64,000 nt of DNA from Rhina ancylostomus. Taxonomy: Eukaryota. The DNA lies in NCBI GenBank assembly GCA_030265395.1, contig JARFYF010000007.1, forward strand, positions 82,836,874-82,900,873, read 5' to 3'. Positions 12,860-24,995 of this stretch are shown piece after piece. Position 1 is the stretch's first letter, and every line of letters begins with the position of its first letter. The translations under genes and the position numbers were made by a program. The notes beneath the pieces are model-generated. The model searched no databases and had not been told where the DNA came from. It saw only the letters and a program-made list of their open reading frames with translations.

Positions 12860-13680
12860 GGAGCGGGAGTTAGAGGATCACAGTGTAAGCATTGTGGGTC
12901 AGGGGTCATGGAGAGGGTTTGGGGATTATGCCAAGGGATGAGGGGTCAGGGTGGCGGGGAGGGTGCCGGATGTCATTCAAGGTGGGGTTGGTGGGTTCAG
13001 GGGTCAAGTGTGGTGGGTCGGAGTCTTGCTTGCTGCATCAGGGGTTGTGTGTCCGGGGTCACTGGTGGTGGATGAGGTGTCGGGTCATGGGTGATGCGTG
13101 GTTGGTCAGGGGTCGTTGGGAAGGCCTGGTGGTTCACGAGTCATGGAACATGCATGGTGGGTCAGGTCCAGGTCGTATGTGGTTACGTAGTGGGTTGGGG
13201 GGTCAGGTCAAGGCTCACGCATGATGGGTCAAGGAATGGGGTTGTGTGTGATAGGTCAAAGGTCAGGAGTCGTGGTGGGTAGGGGTCATTGGTGCGTGGG
13301 CGGCCAAGGATTGGGATTGTGGGTCAAGGGTCATTGCGAGGGCATGGTGGATCAAGGTCGTGGGTCATTGGGAGGGCATGTTGAGTCAAGGGTGGAGGTT
13401 GTGCGGGAGTGGACGATCAAAGGTCGGGGGTTGTGGGGCTCAAGGGACATGAATCAAGGATCAAGGTCGTGGGGAGGCATGGTGGGTCAAGGGTTGGGGT
13501 TGTGGGTCAGACATGGTGGCTCAAAGGTCACAGTTGTGGGGGTTGAGGGTTATGGTCAATCAAGGGTTAGGATTGGTGAGAGGCACGGTGAGTCAAGGGT
13601 CAGGTAATGGTTGTCAAGGTGGGGTCGGGGCTCGGGGTCGGCGGCGGGGTCGCGGCTCGGGGACGGCGGCGGGGTGTGCA
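12860..13680 (+). repeat. G-rich degenerate tandem/low-complexity repeat (recurring GGTCAAGG/GGTCAGG motif)
   Basis: Many copies of ggtcaagg/ggtcagg/ggtcatgg separated by G/T-rich spacers; extreme G over C strand skew; lies directly 5' of the PHC1-like acceptor. Confidence 0.8.
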
Positions 13681-13725
13681 GACCCCAGGCCGAGTGATCT
13701 GACGGGCTGCCTTCTTGTTCCACAG

Positions 13726-13880
13726 CTGCCACCTACACCCAGATCCAGCCCCACCCCCTGCTCCACCAGCAGATCCAGCAGAAGCAGCTGGTGATCCAGC
13801 AGCAGCACCTGGCCATCCACCAGCATCGGCAGTCCCAGCTGGCCCAGCTCCACCTGTCCCAGGCTCACCCCACCCCTCAC
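13726..13880 (+). pseudogene. Isolated, truncated Polyhomeotic (PHC1-like) coding-exon fragment
   Basis: Branch CTGAC (13699), pyrimidine tract and CACAG| acceptor, then (A)ATYTQIQPHPLLHQQIQQKQLVIQQQHLAIHQHRQSQLAQLHLSQ. This matches recalled human PHC1 SATYTQIQPHSLIQQQQQIHLQQKQVVIQQQIAIHHQQQFQHRQSQLL. Strong GC3 codon bias. The frame runs on into unrelated sequence and stops at TAG 13998-14000; no other PHC exons were seen. Confidence 0.8.
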
Positions 13881-14294
13881 ACCCAGACACTGGGGAGTGG
13901 CCGTGCAAGAGCGCTGATTGCAATGCAGGCGTTCAAGGAGATGGATCTGTCGCAGCTCACGTCGCCGTGGAGGTGCCGTGCAAGACGCTGGCCAAGGTAG
14001 CGAGCACATGTCGCTCTACGACGGGTTGGGCTATCCTGCGAGAGGCTTTGTAAATGTCGGTGGTTCTGACTTTCCCTGGTGTGTATCGGATTTACTCCCA
14101 AGCACGCCCAGGCAACCTGGGACAATTTTAACCCAACGCTCGTTGGGAAACCGAAGATGTGATGGTAGCGGGTGTTGTGTAGTTGCACACAATCCTATCA
14201 CACTCTCACACGCTCTCTCCCACACATTCACGGTGTTACCACTTTCTTCGGCTCCTAGTCACCACCCCCACCCGATACCCGATCCATCTCTTTA

Positions 14295-14536
14295 AGCAAG
14301 GAGTCGCACCACCGTGGTTGCCATGTGTAGCGTCTACAAAGCAGCTCTCCAACGCATCTCCCAACCCCTCTGTCCTGGGGGGTGCAGGGGAACACCATTG
14401 TCTGACCATTGTCTGCAGGTTCCCCTCTAGGTCACACCATGCCGACCTGGAAATATATCGCCGTCCCCTGATCCTCACTGGCTCCGACATCCTGGGATTC
14501 CATCCCCAACAGCACGGTGGGAGCCCCTTCACCGGC
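14295..14536 (+). mobile_element. Elasmobranch LINE 3' fragment (CR1/L2-like)
   Basis: caggttcccctctaggtcacaccatgccgacctggaaatatatcgccgtcccctgatc.tcactggctc..atcctggga.tcc.tccccaacagcac.gtgggag. A more decayed copy lies at ~17440-17700. Confidence 0.6.
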
Positions 14537-14931
14537 NNNNNNNNNNNNNNNNNNNNNNNNNNNNNNNNNNNNNNNNNNNNNNNNNNNNNNNNNNNNNNNN
14601 NNNNNNNNNNNNNNNNNNNNNNNNNNNNNNNNNNNNTCTTGAGAACGACGAGGGCTGAGCACTAACTGCGGACCAAGCAACCATTCCACTAAATAATGGA
14701 AAAACACTCACGTACACAATTGCTCTCCTGAATTTTCTGTTCCACGTGCACTCGCTGTGAGGCAGATTGACTCCAGCTCCTTCTGGTGAAGCTTCCCAGG
14801 AACATGTTCATACACCTCCCCTCACACTCAACAATATTCACCCACTGGCACCTTTATCTGCTCCCTCATCAGTACAAATGCTCTGCCCTCTACACTCCCA
14901 TGCAGTCTTTCTGCACATTCTCTCTCACACC

Positions 14932-15590
14932 AGAACACAAGACATCAGGAGCAGGTAAACCATTGAGCCCTTCAAGCCTGGCCCGCCATTTAATGTGACC
15001 ATGTCTGTTCTGTGCTGGACTCGTCTTCTCTTCTGTGCCATTTCTCCCTACCCTTCTATTCCTCGATCTATCAAATATTTATCCACCACCTCAAGTACTT
15101 CTCATAATGTAGCCTCCTCCACCCTCAGGGACAGAGAATTCCAGAGATTCACCACCCTCTGTGAGAAAAAAGTTCTGTGCATCTTAGTTTTAAGTGACCA
15201 GCCCCTTATCTTGTAGTTATGTCCCCTAGTTTAAGGCTCTCCCACTAGTGAAAACCTCCCAGCATTTACCCTGTCAAACCCCTTAGGCGCTTATACGTTT
15301 GAAGATTCTCTTTCTTCTAAACTGTAAGGAATACTGACCCAAACTATTTAGTCTCCCTTGATAGAACAACCCTCATATCCCTGGCATTAGCCTGCTTAAT
15401 CTTCTTTGGACTGCCTCCAACGTTACTACATTTTTTTAGGTAAGAGCACCCCAAAACCGAATGCAGTATTCCAGGTGAGGCCCCACCAACACCCTGTGCA
15501 ATTGCAACAAATCCTCCATGTTTTTTAAAACTCCAGCCACTTTGCAATGAAGGTCAAAAAGCTGTTTGCCCTTAACTACTTCATTACTTA
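14932..15590 (-). mobile_element. CR1 LINE 3' fragment
   Basis: agaacacaagacatcaggagcagg..agagaattccagagattcaccaccctctgtgagaa; the minus strand encodes LHRVLVGPHLEYCIRFW (LVRPHLEYC motif). Confidence 0.8.
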
Positions 15591-16997
15591 ACCTAACATT
15601 CCCTTCCACGTGCTCCTGGATTTTCACACCAAGTCTTGTCAATTTGTGCTCTGTCACATACACACTCCCTTTCAACCACAATTTCCATTATGACCATTTG
15701 CTCATTCCACTTTGTTCTCAGATACACTCTTATGCTGTAACATGCGGAGTTATTCTCACACAGGTTTTCTTCCCAGGTTAGTTATCATAGGAACCAGATA
15801 ATGGAACTGGTATACAAAGCAGAACTGGGTGGAGTCGATGAGAATATGGAGAGAATAAAATGGGATTAATGTAGGATTAGTGCAAATGGGTGGTTGATTG
15901 TTGGCACAGAGTTGGTGGACCAAGGACTTGTTTCCATGCTCTATGCCTCTCTGAGTCTATGACTGCACCATTCCTCCCTAGTGTATTTAGCACTACCAAC
16001 TGCAAATGAATACCTGTGCAAATAGTTCTCATGCTCTTTCTGCAGTCTTCTGCTCACATTCACTGGTGCATTTTCCTTTAACTCAGTATTCCTAAAATCA
16101 GAGGAACTAAGCTGAAACTCACCACACTTCCAGGACTGGATGTATGAAAATTCAGATTTTACCTTTTATATCGGTTTTCATACTCAGATTTCCACACACC
16201 TTGACTTGAACTCATAGTTCTTGCATACACACCCTCACACTATGTCAAACATTAGTTTGCATGCTAAATCAAATCAAGTCAAATCATGCCAAATTTATTG
16301 TCATGAGCACAAGTACAGTAACATACTGCAACAATGGAAAGCGTGCTTGCAGCAGCATCTCAGGCACATATGTAAAGACAACACATCCTCATACAACACC
16401 CATGGTCTATTGATCTCTTTCTCACTCACATTTCCCTATGTTCTCTGTTGCATTTTCTGATACAGATTCTTTCACTTTCTCATGTTCTCACATCGTGTTG
16501 TGCACATGTTCATACACACTCCCACTTTTCATGTCATTACACTTCCTGTCATTTACACACTGAGGCTCACACAATCTTTCACAGATACTCTCGCATTCAC
16601 TATGTTACTTATTCTCTCAAAACGCACACATTTTCTGAAACAGTTTGCCAATGACTCATCCGAGTGATGGTCTGTGTTCTTAAAGCATATTTTAACTATT
16701 GTTTGGTAGCTTACTGACCAGAGGATGGAGTTAACTGAATTCAAAATGAGAACATCAAGGAACGTGACTGAATGGCATTTAGTTTTCAATTTCTGGATCA
16801 TTACAGTACACTATTACATTACAAGTATTCTGCTATTCTTTCGCCCACTTACATATTTTATCCAATTCAACCTATAAGTCCTGACCTGTTTCCTTTGACT
16901 TCATTACCAGTTTTGTTTGGTGCCACTTGCCTTTTTCACCAATTGGCATTTAGTTTATGAATCCAAATCATGGATGAATTTCAGTAATAATTACTGT

Positions 16998-17350
16998 TGT
17001 CATGGTTCTGAGTACTGGCCCTCAATTTGGCTCCTTTGATGATGCCTTGTTGTACAGCACATGGAGTCTATGATGGACTGTTTGCATAACAACACACGCC
17101 TGAGCCCCATCAGGGGCCTAGCATAAGTACCTGGGTTTCTCTAGCACTAGTTGCCAGAGTATTGGTCTACCTTNNNNNNNNNNNNNNNNNNNNNNNNNNN
17201 NNNNNNNNNNNNNNNNNNNNNNNNNNNNNNNNNNNNNNNNNNNNNNNNNNNNNNNNNNNNNNNNNNNNNNNNNTATCCTGACTCCAGTCCTGTACCAGTG
17301 TGCCACATTTGGGTTCTCTGTGAGCTTGCTCTTTGCTCAACATTGTGACA
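16998..17350. mobile_element. Solo LTR, copy B (opposite orientation to copy A), with 5-bp TSD ACTGT
   Basis: Ends TGTCA...TGACA; ACTGT at 16993-16997 and 17351-17355; same family as 1374-1724; internal N gap. Confidence 0.85.
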
Positions 17351-18554
17351 ACTGTTCCAATTGGTATTTGTGAGGCATTCCATTTAACATCTTGTAGCAA
17401 AACCTCACACTGACATGAATCACCAAAGAAGTCAAATCTCCAAGATGTACATGAGGAACTCAGTGGGTTTTACCAAGCAAAACCTCCCAGCCTGCAGTAG
17501 ACCAATTATAAAGAAGGGAAATGCACCACTCTGAGGTGGGATTACTTAGCTGTTTCTTCATCTTTGTTGGGTCCTTACATTCCATACCTAACTTCACCAC
17601 GAGGACACCAAATGTGCAATAGACTGCAGATTGAGGAGGATGTTCAGAAACACCATTTCAGTACTACCAGAATAAACAACCAAAAATATGGTTTTGGCAA
17701 CATCATCCACAGCCTAGAACAAATTATTTTTAGCAAGTCCTAACCTTTCAGCCAAAATCTGATCCATTCCCAAGATTTATCCTGAGTCCCACCAATTATT
17801 GGAAGACCAAGAATGCCAATTCACTTGGATCGTCACTTCCGTAATGATGATGACAAGTTTGATCAAATGGTTTCTTTCCATTCTGGATCCATTGTGGTTC
17901 AACATGCCCAGCTGCCCTTGCACAGATCTTCTTCAATGTTATACAGAATGGATTGAAGATTGCTTTTGTCTCTTTGTCAGTCTCTTTGAACATGCATGGC
18001 ACATGATCTGGTTCAATGCTCATTGTCCAGTGAATCCATCTTGATGTTTTCCATTATCAGCAAATCACCTCCTCAGCACTCTATGAGCCCTCTAGGTTCT
18101 CTAGGTTTTACATCTAATTTAAGTAGAAGTCATTAGTTTTATTTTAGTTACCTCTGTTTGGGAGAGCATATGCCACACTTACACACACATACATTCAGCC
18201 ACACATTAGTAAATGTTCAGTCTAACCTGCTTATTAAATATAGACTCATGCATATTTCAGCACACTTTCAGCTCTCTATTCTTGATACTCACTCTCTTAA
18301 ATTTCTTATGCTTCTCCCTAATCCTGGATTTATCCAGAACTTCCAACCCAACACAAGAAAAACTGAAGAAGCAGTGGCTCTGGCAGAAGATGATGTGGTG
18401 CCTCAGTGTTTTTCAAGAAGGGAGATCTTTACAGTCATCCTGCAAATATTTATCTTCAACCAACATCACCAAAAATAGATTATTTGGTCACTTACATGAT
18501 GCTGTTGTAGTTGTATAGCACAGAAGCAGGCCCTTCAGCCCACTGAGTTGTGCT

Positions 18555-19510
18555 GGTTGAGTGGTGCCCAATAACAACCTCACGTTTAATGTCGACAAAA
18601 CCAAGGGACTAATTGTTGACTTCAGGAAGTGGAAGTTAGGAGACCACGTACCAGTTGTCATTGGTGGGTCAGAGGTGGAGAGAGCAGGGAGCTTCAAATT
18701 CCTGGGTATTAGTAGTTCAGATCCTAGGCCCAGCACATTGATGGAGTCATGAAGAAGGTGTGCCAGCCTATCTATATTCTTAAAAGCTTGGGGAGATTTG
18801 TCATGTTACCAAATACCCAAACTAACTTCAACAGATGCACTATTGAAAAAGTATCCTGACTGGTCGCATTGTGGCTTGGTATGGCAATTCCAATGCACAG
18901 GGACACAAGAAGCTGCAGAGAGTAGTGGACACAACCCGTTCATCATGGGCACTGCCCTCCCCACCATTGACACCATCCACAGGAGGTGCTGCCTGAAGAA
19001 GAATACATCAATCATCAAGGATCCCCACCATCTGGGCCATGTCCTTTTCTTACTGCTACCGTCAGGCAGGGGGTACAGAATCCTGAAGTCCCACACCACC
19101 AGATTTAGGAACATCTACACTCCCAAAACCATTAATAACTGACCTGCACAACCCTAACCCTACCTCGCAATGGAACATTACAGACCACCTCTTGTACTAC
19201 CATGGATTTATCTTTGATTGTGTCTTTGGTTTTTATTTACAATAAGGTCTTGCTTTATCATAGTCTTTGTTTCACTGTATGGCATAATTGTACGTATAAT
19301 TTATATTCTGTGTGCTATCTGTACCGATGTGCCTGTGTTGCCTGTACTGATGTGCCTGTGTTGCCTGTACTGACGTGCCTGTGTTGCCTGTACTGACGTG
19401 CCTGTGTTGCCTGTACTGATGTACCTGTACCGATGTGCCTGTGTTGCTGCTGCAATCAAATTTTTCATTGTATCTGTACTTGTGGACACGGCAATAAACT
19501 CAACTTGACT
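18555..19510 (+). mobile_element. Decayed Rex1/Babar-like LINE 3' portion (RT C-terminus and 3' UTR)
   Basis: NNLTFNVDKTKGLIVDFRK..VERAGSFKFLGI, IIKDPHHLGHVLFLLLPSGRGYR..RFRN; tail caataaactcaacttgact. Confidence 0.8.
19319..19447 (+). repeat. 23-bp minisatellite (CTGTACYGAYGTGCCTGTGTTGC) x4 + partial + 1, inside the LINE 3' UTR
   Basis: Units start at 19319, 19342, 19365, 19388, 19411 (14-nt partial) and 19425. Confidence 0.9.
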
Positions 19511-19559
19511 TTCCTTGTTGACCATCAGCCACCCATCTGCAGCAATACTATATTAATTC

Positions 19560-19772
19560 CATTTTTAATTCTCCTTACAGTCTACCACTTACCCACCCAC
19601 TAGAGGTAATTTACAGTGGCCAATTAACTGAGCAAGCTGCCCATCTTTAGGAAGTGGGAGGAAAGCAGACCACCTGGGGGAAACTCATGTGGTCTCAGGG
19701 AGAATGTGCAAACTCCCCACAGACAGCATCGGAGGTTGGGATTGAATCCGGATCACTGGAGCTGTGAGGCAG
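19560..19772 (-). mobile_element. V-SINE (HE1-like) fragment
   Basis: gtgggaggaaagcagaccacctgggggaaactcatgtggtctcagggagaatgtgcaaactcc.cacagacagca..gattgaatccggatcactggagctgtgaggcag, the reverse complement of the V-domain and tRNA head. Confidence 0.8.
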
Positions 19773-22700
19773 AACCAATGTGATTTGGATCTTCCTGTGC
19801 TCATATTCGTCATGTAGGGTTATGAAAGAATGGCATAAATTTAAGTCATTTTGTTATCTTTTAAATGCTTTTTGGCTCTCCTTATTGCACCCTGTGTTGT
19901 TCCTCCTCTGTGATCATTATAAACACTAACATGTGTTCTAAATGTTCAAAGAGTCAGGACTGGTATTAGACATAGAATGTAGAACTTAATGTTGTAGGCT
20001 TAATGTTCTTCTAAGCTGCACACCTCTAAGAAAATGAAATAACTTTTGGCAAGAAACTAGTGAATGGACATTAAATATTCACAACTCTGTCAAATGACCT
20101 CAGTGGTGAGGAAAATCAGGTTGGATATTAAATGGACAGATGATTTGTTGCCACATTATTGGATCGATAGTAAAATTTAAAATTGAAACCAATCTGTGTC
20201 AGTTGTGCTCTCCCTCTCTGCCGCATGCATGCACTTTGGATGAAACATCCAATTGCGCTTTCGTTTTACACACTGACTACTTTCCCCTGTGTGTGGTTGT
20301 GCGAATGTCAGTGGAATATTATCAACTAATATAGCTCAGAAGAGTCAAATTTAGAAACTTAGATAATTAGATACCTAATTACCCCAAAAACATCAATATT
20401 TCCTCCCTGTGTAGCAGAAAGACTCTTGCAGGAGCCAAATAAGTTCCTCCAGAGAAACAGCAGCCAAGCTGTGAACCAATCGTGGTCTTGAAGATGATGA
20501 AGCAGTTATATCAACAAGACACAGAAAAGGGATTTCCAGATGTAAGATTGAAACCAGGGACCATAAATATATGATATATAGGAACCTTAGAGGAAATCCA
20601 AGAGAATCCTGCACACTCACACAATGGTGAAAGTGTGAAACTTGCACAGGGAGTGATTGCACATCGAGAACAACAATAATTGTTGTATCAGGTAGCAGAG
20701 TATATCACTGTAATATCTCTTTCATAGCTGTGACGTGGACTTTGAGTCACTCTATGATCTGAGGCTAGTTTAGACTGACCACAGTCACACTGGGGAACTC
20801 TTCGTGTGTTCACCAAATATTTGCGAGTGGTAGATCAGAGCCAGGGATACTCTGCATTGGTTCCCTCATGAGGTGTTTGTCAGAGATCATCTTGTGAGCT
20901 TCATCCAGCTTTCCCAACTTCCACAGGGCTGAAGCTGTTCTGCTGAAGCTCACGTGCAAGGGTCCAAACGGGATTGCATGGGATTGAGGGACATTGTTGA
21001 GGCCCTGGAGGAATCGTTTGACATCCTTGGTTGTGATAACATTATGGAGACCGAACGAGAGGTTTATGTTTGATCATATATGCAGAGGAAGTCAAACTGA
21101 GCCATCATATTACAATGTTCAGGTGGCTAACAGCGAGTTAATTGTGGCTACTTCTGAAATGTCCGAGTGCATCCGATCAGAGGAGATAATGAGCACCAGG
21201 TGCCACAGAAACCATTATTTGGTTTCTGGGCCACTTTGACCCTTGCTATGCCCATCTTTTTCAGATGGTCGTGTGATAAAGAGGAGATGCTGATGGAGTT
21301 GGGAGAGACCTGTTGGCGCTGGCAAGGAGCGATCCAATGTTTCAGACCTGTAATCTCGATGCAATTCTGGATATTTCGGAGTATCGGGTGCCACAGAAAT
21401 TGTCTTTCATTCTCCGTAAATTGGTTCTGTCTCGATTCTTCACGCCGACGAATCGTTTGAACAGCGTCCTCCCGCTGGGGGAGATTTCGCACCTTACTCC
21501 ATAGGAGGCATTGCTCAGCTTCAACAAGACTGGCATCCTCAAAGAGACGGCAGCAGCCTGTGCAGAGAAGGGTGAGCCGCGCTTGTCGCTGAATTGTTTC
21601 AACTCAGAACATCTCCACGGCCCTGTTTTCTCAACGCCCCCTTCTCCTCCCCAAACACTGTTTCACCGCGAACGTGATCCGTCAGCCAGACGCGATGCCC
21701 AGTATTAATAGGCGGGCATTAGCAGAACGGGAAGTAACATGTTTTCCTGTACAATTCATTTGAATTAAAATAATTTACAAGTCTTGCATTCTAGCACTGT
21801 TTCCAACCCATCAGTGACTACATTTGGGTATTTTCTGGGACTGAAAATTGAACCACTCTTCACTTCCTCGCCCGTGCACGAAGTTGTGAGGTGATTGTTC
21901 CACTCCGATACCACTTTGTCGCGTTCTCGGAACGTCTCAAGATGCTGCACACAGTGAAACCGCAGAATGCCGGCAGGTATCCGGACTGTCGTAGAAGAAA
22001 TCGAAGCTTAAAAGGAGAAATCTGCCTCAGCGAGGCTCTTTTATTACATTTGATGCACCTTAACGAGGTGTGAACTACTGCGTAAACACAGCTGTTCCTG
22101 CAGTACTTAATATTATCCTTTAATTGACATTAATACAAATGGATAATGGTTATTATGTTTTGACCAGTAGCACCGACTGGCAGTTCGAATGTGAATGTTT
22201 TAAGTGGCGGGGACTGTACATTTAATCAGGGGAGTATGGTTCATTGCAATTTGATTTACGGTCATTTCCACCATTCTGATATTTGTTCATGAAACCCGCT
22301 TTAAGGAGAACTGTTGTCCGTTAACTGAGGCCTTTATCCTTCCGATTTGGTCGGGTTCGATGATCAACTGGTTTAATACCGTTCGTGCTGTTTGAATGAA
22401 GTCAAGTGTCCACCTTTTCTCAGCAGCAGAAAGGGTTAAATTGTGACGAGATTTAATGTTCCTGAGTTCCCTCAAGTTCCGAAGGTTTGGGGTGGGTTGG
22501 TTAGTCGGGGAGTACCTAACTTTGGTATTGCAGATGCTAAAAGGATTTGACACGGTCAGAGAAGCATGTTGTTGTAAGATAGTTCGACACATGGTGCGTA
22601 ATATCAAGGTGATGTCACGTTGAAGGAAAGAAATTCCATAATTATCTTCCCGGTTCCTCAAAATGAAAGAAGCCAACGGANNNNNNNNNNNNNNNNNNNN

Positions 22701-24607
22701 NNNNNNNNNNNNNNNNNNNNNNNNNNNNNNNNNNNNNNNNNNNNNNNNNNNNNNNNNNNNNNNNNNNNNNNNNNNNNNNNCATAATTATCTTCCAGGTTC
22801 CTCAAAATGAAAGAAGCCAACGGACGTTTTCAAAATTATGATCAATATGTTTTAGGAAGTGGGTGAAGGTCTCACTGAGCGTGAAACGCCTATAGATCAG
22901 CCATGATCTAATGAATGGCCAAACGGCATAGCGGGCCGAATGGCCGCTTGCTGTTCCCGTGACCTATAGCTGAAGAAAACGAATACTTTGAGGGGCTTGA
23001 AGGAACTGAAGATTTCAACAGCACCAAAGCATTTCCAGATCTCCAATATCTAAAATTTAGAATTTTGACAGAGTTCTTAAAAAACAAAAAAAGTGTGTGC
23101 ACTGTATTTTAAGACTTTTTTTGTTAATCTATGCTCACTTTCATGCGTTGTAGAATTTTAGTCAAATACTAACGAAAGATTTGCATTTCAACAGTACTCT
23201 TCACAACATTAGAACATCTCAAAGTGTCTTGTAGACCAGGAAGTTGCCTCCATTAGAATGGACGAAATGAGGCAACGAGTTTTACACAGCAAGATTCCAC
23301 CAGGAGCAACCTGATCACCAGATAATCTATTTTAACAACGTTCAGAGCAGACAGAAGCTCCTTTCAGTGTTGCGTGTGAAAAAACACAGTGAACGATAGC
23401 ATCGTATAAGAGGCATTTAGCCAGGCACGTGAAGAGGCAACGATATGGACCATGCGCAGGACGGTGGGATTTAATTTGGCGTCAAGGTCAGCACAGACAT
23501 CGTGGCCTGAAGGGCCTGTTCTATGTTCTAACCCTTCTCCCATTATTTCAATGGGACTTCTGGACTACATTTTGCATCAAAATGCTCGAAGTAAAACTAG
23601 AACGTCTGATGAGGAGGTTGCCCACTAACCACAGCTTCACTAAGCGTAGGAGACTCGTGATTACCCAAAAAAATACCTGGCATGGAAAGAGTTACATAGG
23701 GTTAAACAGATGTGATGGACGTGGACATCCCACCACCAGTCTGGCCTGGAGCTGACTCCATCCCATATCCTTGAGGTGAAAGTATTGGGACCATTGCCGA
23801 GCCTACCTGGCTGGGGAGATGTAGCTTGGTCCTGGGTGGCAGGTGGGCGGGAGAGGAAGCTGACCATTAGCAGCATTTTCTGGCTGGAGTTAGAAAACCA
23901 CTATTCAGCCCCTCTTCCTGTTTTGTCCGGTCAGCATGCCCCGTCCTGCAGGCATTTTTCTTCAGTGGATTGAAAGGAGGTGGAGATGGTGGGGTACTTG
24001 GTGTTAGGAAGAACCCACTTTGCTGGTCCTGCCTTGTATATCATCTCAGGAGGTCAGATGCAAATATTACAGTCCACCCCTACGGTGTGAATACTCTGAC
24101 TCCTTTGCAAGGTTTGGGGGTGCCAAGAGCTGAGTCTCAACCTTTTCTTTGAACAATGGACAGCATTATATCTCATTCAAATTTATCATTAGCTGATAGT
24201 GACACAGAACGACTTCTAATGGAGGTCAATGGTGGGACCTTTCAAAAGATTTTTTTAAGTACATTAATTCAAGGAGTTTGAGCATTTTGGCATTTTTACC
24301 ATCGACAATTTCCATTGAACTGAGAGGTTTGTTGGTCCATTTCACGGGGCTATTAAGAATCTATCACGTTGTTTTGGAAATGCTGTCACGTTCGCCATCC
24401 CCAGAGTGGGTCTGGATGTTAAAGGAAGTCAGTGGACCACTTGCGTTTTACAACATCCAATGGGCTTTTGCTCACCATTCCTGTCACCAGACTTCCTGAA
24501 CTATTTATTTAATTAATTGAATTTTAATTTTCCTGCTGCCATAATGGGTTTTGAATTCATAGCCAAGGTTTTATTCCAGGCTCCTGGATTGCAGCATAAC
24601 CATTGTT

Positions 24608-24995
24608 CTGGAACGTGAGAGGCTGAGGGGTGACTTTATCGAGGTTTATAAAACTAGGAGGGGCATAGATACATAGTCAGAATCTTTCTCCCGGGGCAAG
24701 GGAGTGTATAGGGCACAGGTTTAAGGTGAGAGGCGGAAAATTTAAAGTAGATTTGAGGGGTAAGTTTTTCACACAGAGGGTGGTGAATGTCTGGAACGAG
24801 CTGCCAGAAGAGGTGGTCTTGATAGATGCAATTACAACATTTAAAAGGCGTTTGGACAAGTACTTGGATAGGAAAACCCCAGAGGGATACGGACCTAATG
24901 TGGGCAAATGGAACCAGCGTGGAAAGGCATCAAGGTTGCATGGACGAGGTGGACAGAAAGGATCCATCTCCGTGCTGTACAGTTCTATGATTCTA
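24608..24995 (+). mobile_element. CR1 LINE 3' fragment
   Basis: RGGKFKVDLRGKFFTQRVVNVWNELPEEVV..ITTFKRRLDKYL, the canonical CR1 ORF2 C-terminus. Confidence 0.85.

Noticed and set aside
1374-17350. One 16-kb DNA transposon with long terminal inverted repeats enclosing the PHC1-like fragment
   Set aside because: Each repeat has its own distinct 5-bp TSD, so they are independent solo-LTR insertions.
17796-18044. Overlapping 75-81 aa ORFs on both strands
   Set aside because: No recognisable domain or splice context; possibly a very old LINE remnant.
19319-19447. Regularly spaced 23-bp repeats resembling a CRISPR array
   Set aside because: No unique spacers; a head-to-tail minisatellite inside a vertebrate LINE 3' UTR.
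22637-22825. 44-nt direct repeat flanking a 100-N gap (similar cases at 6354-6485 and 10446-10712)
   Set aside because: Most likely overlapping contig ends or haplotype mismatch across placeholder gaps, not biological tandem repeats.
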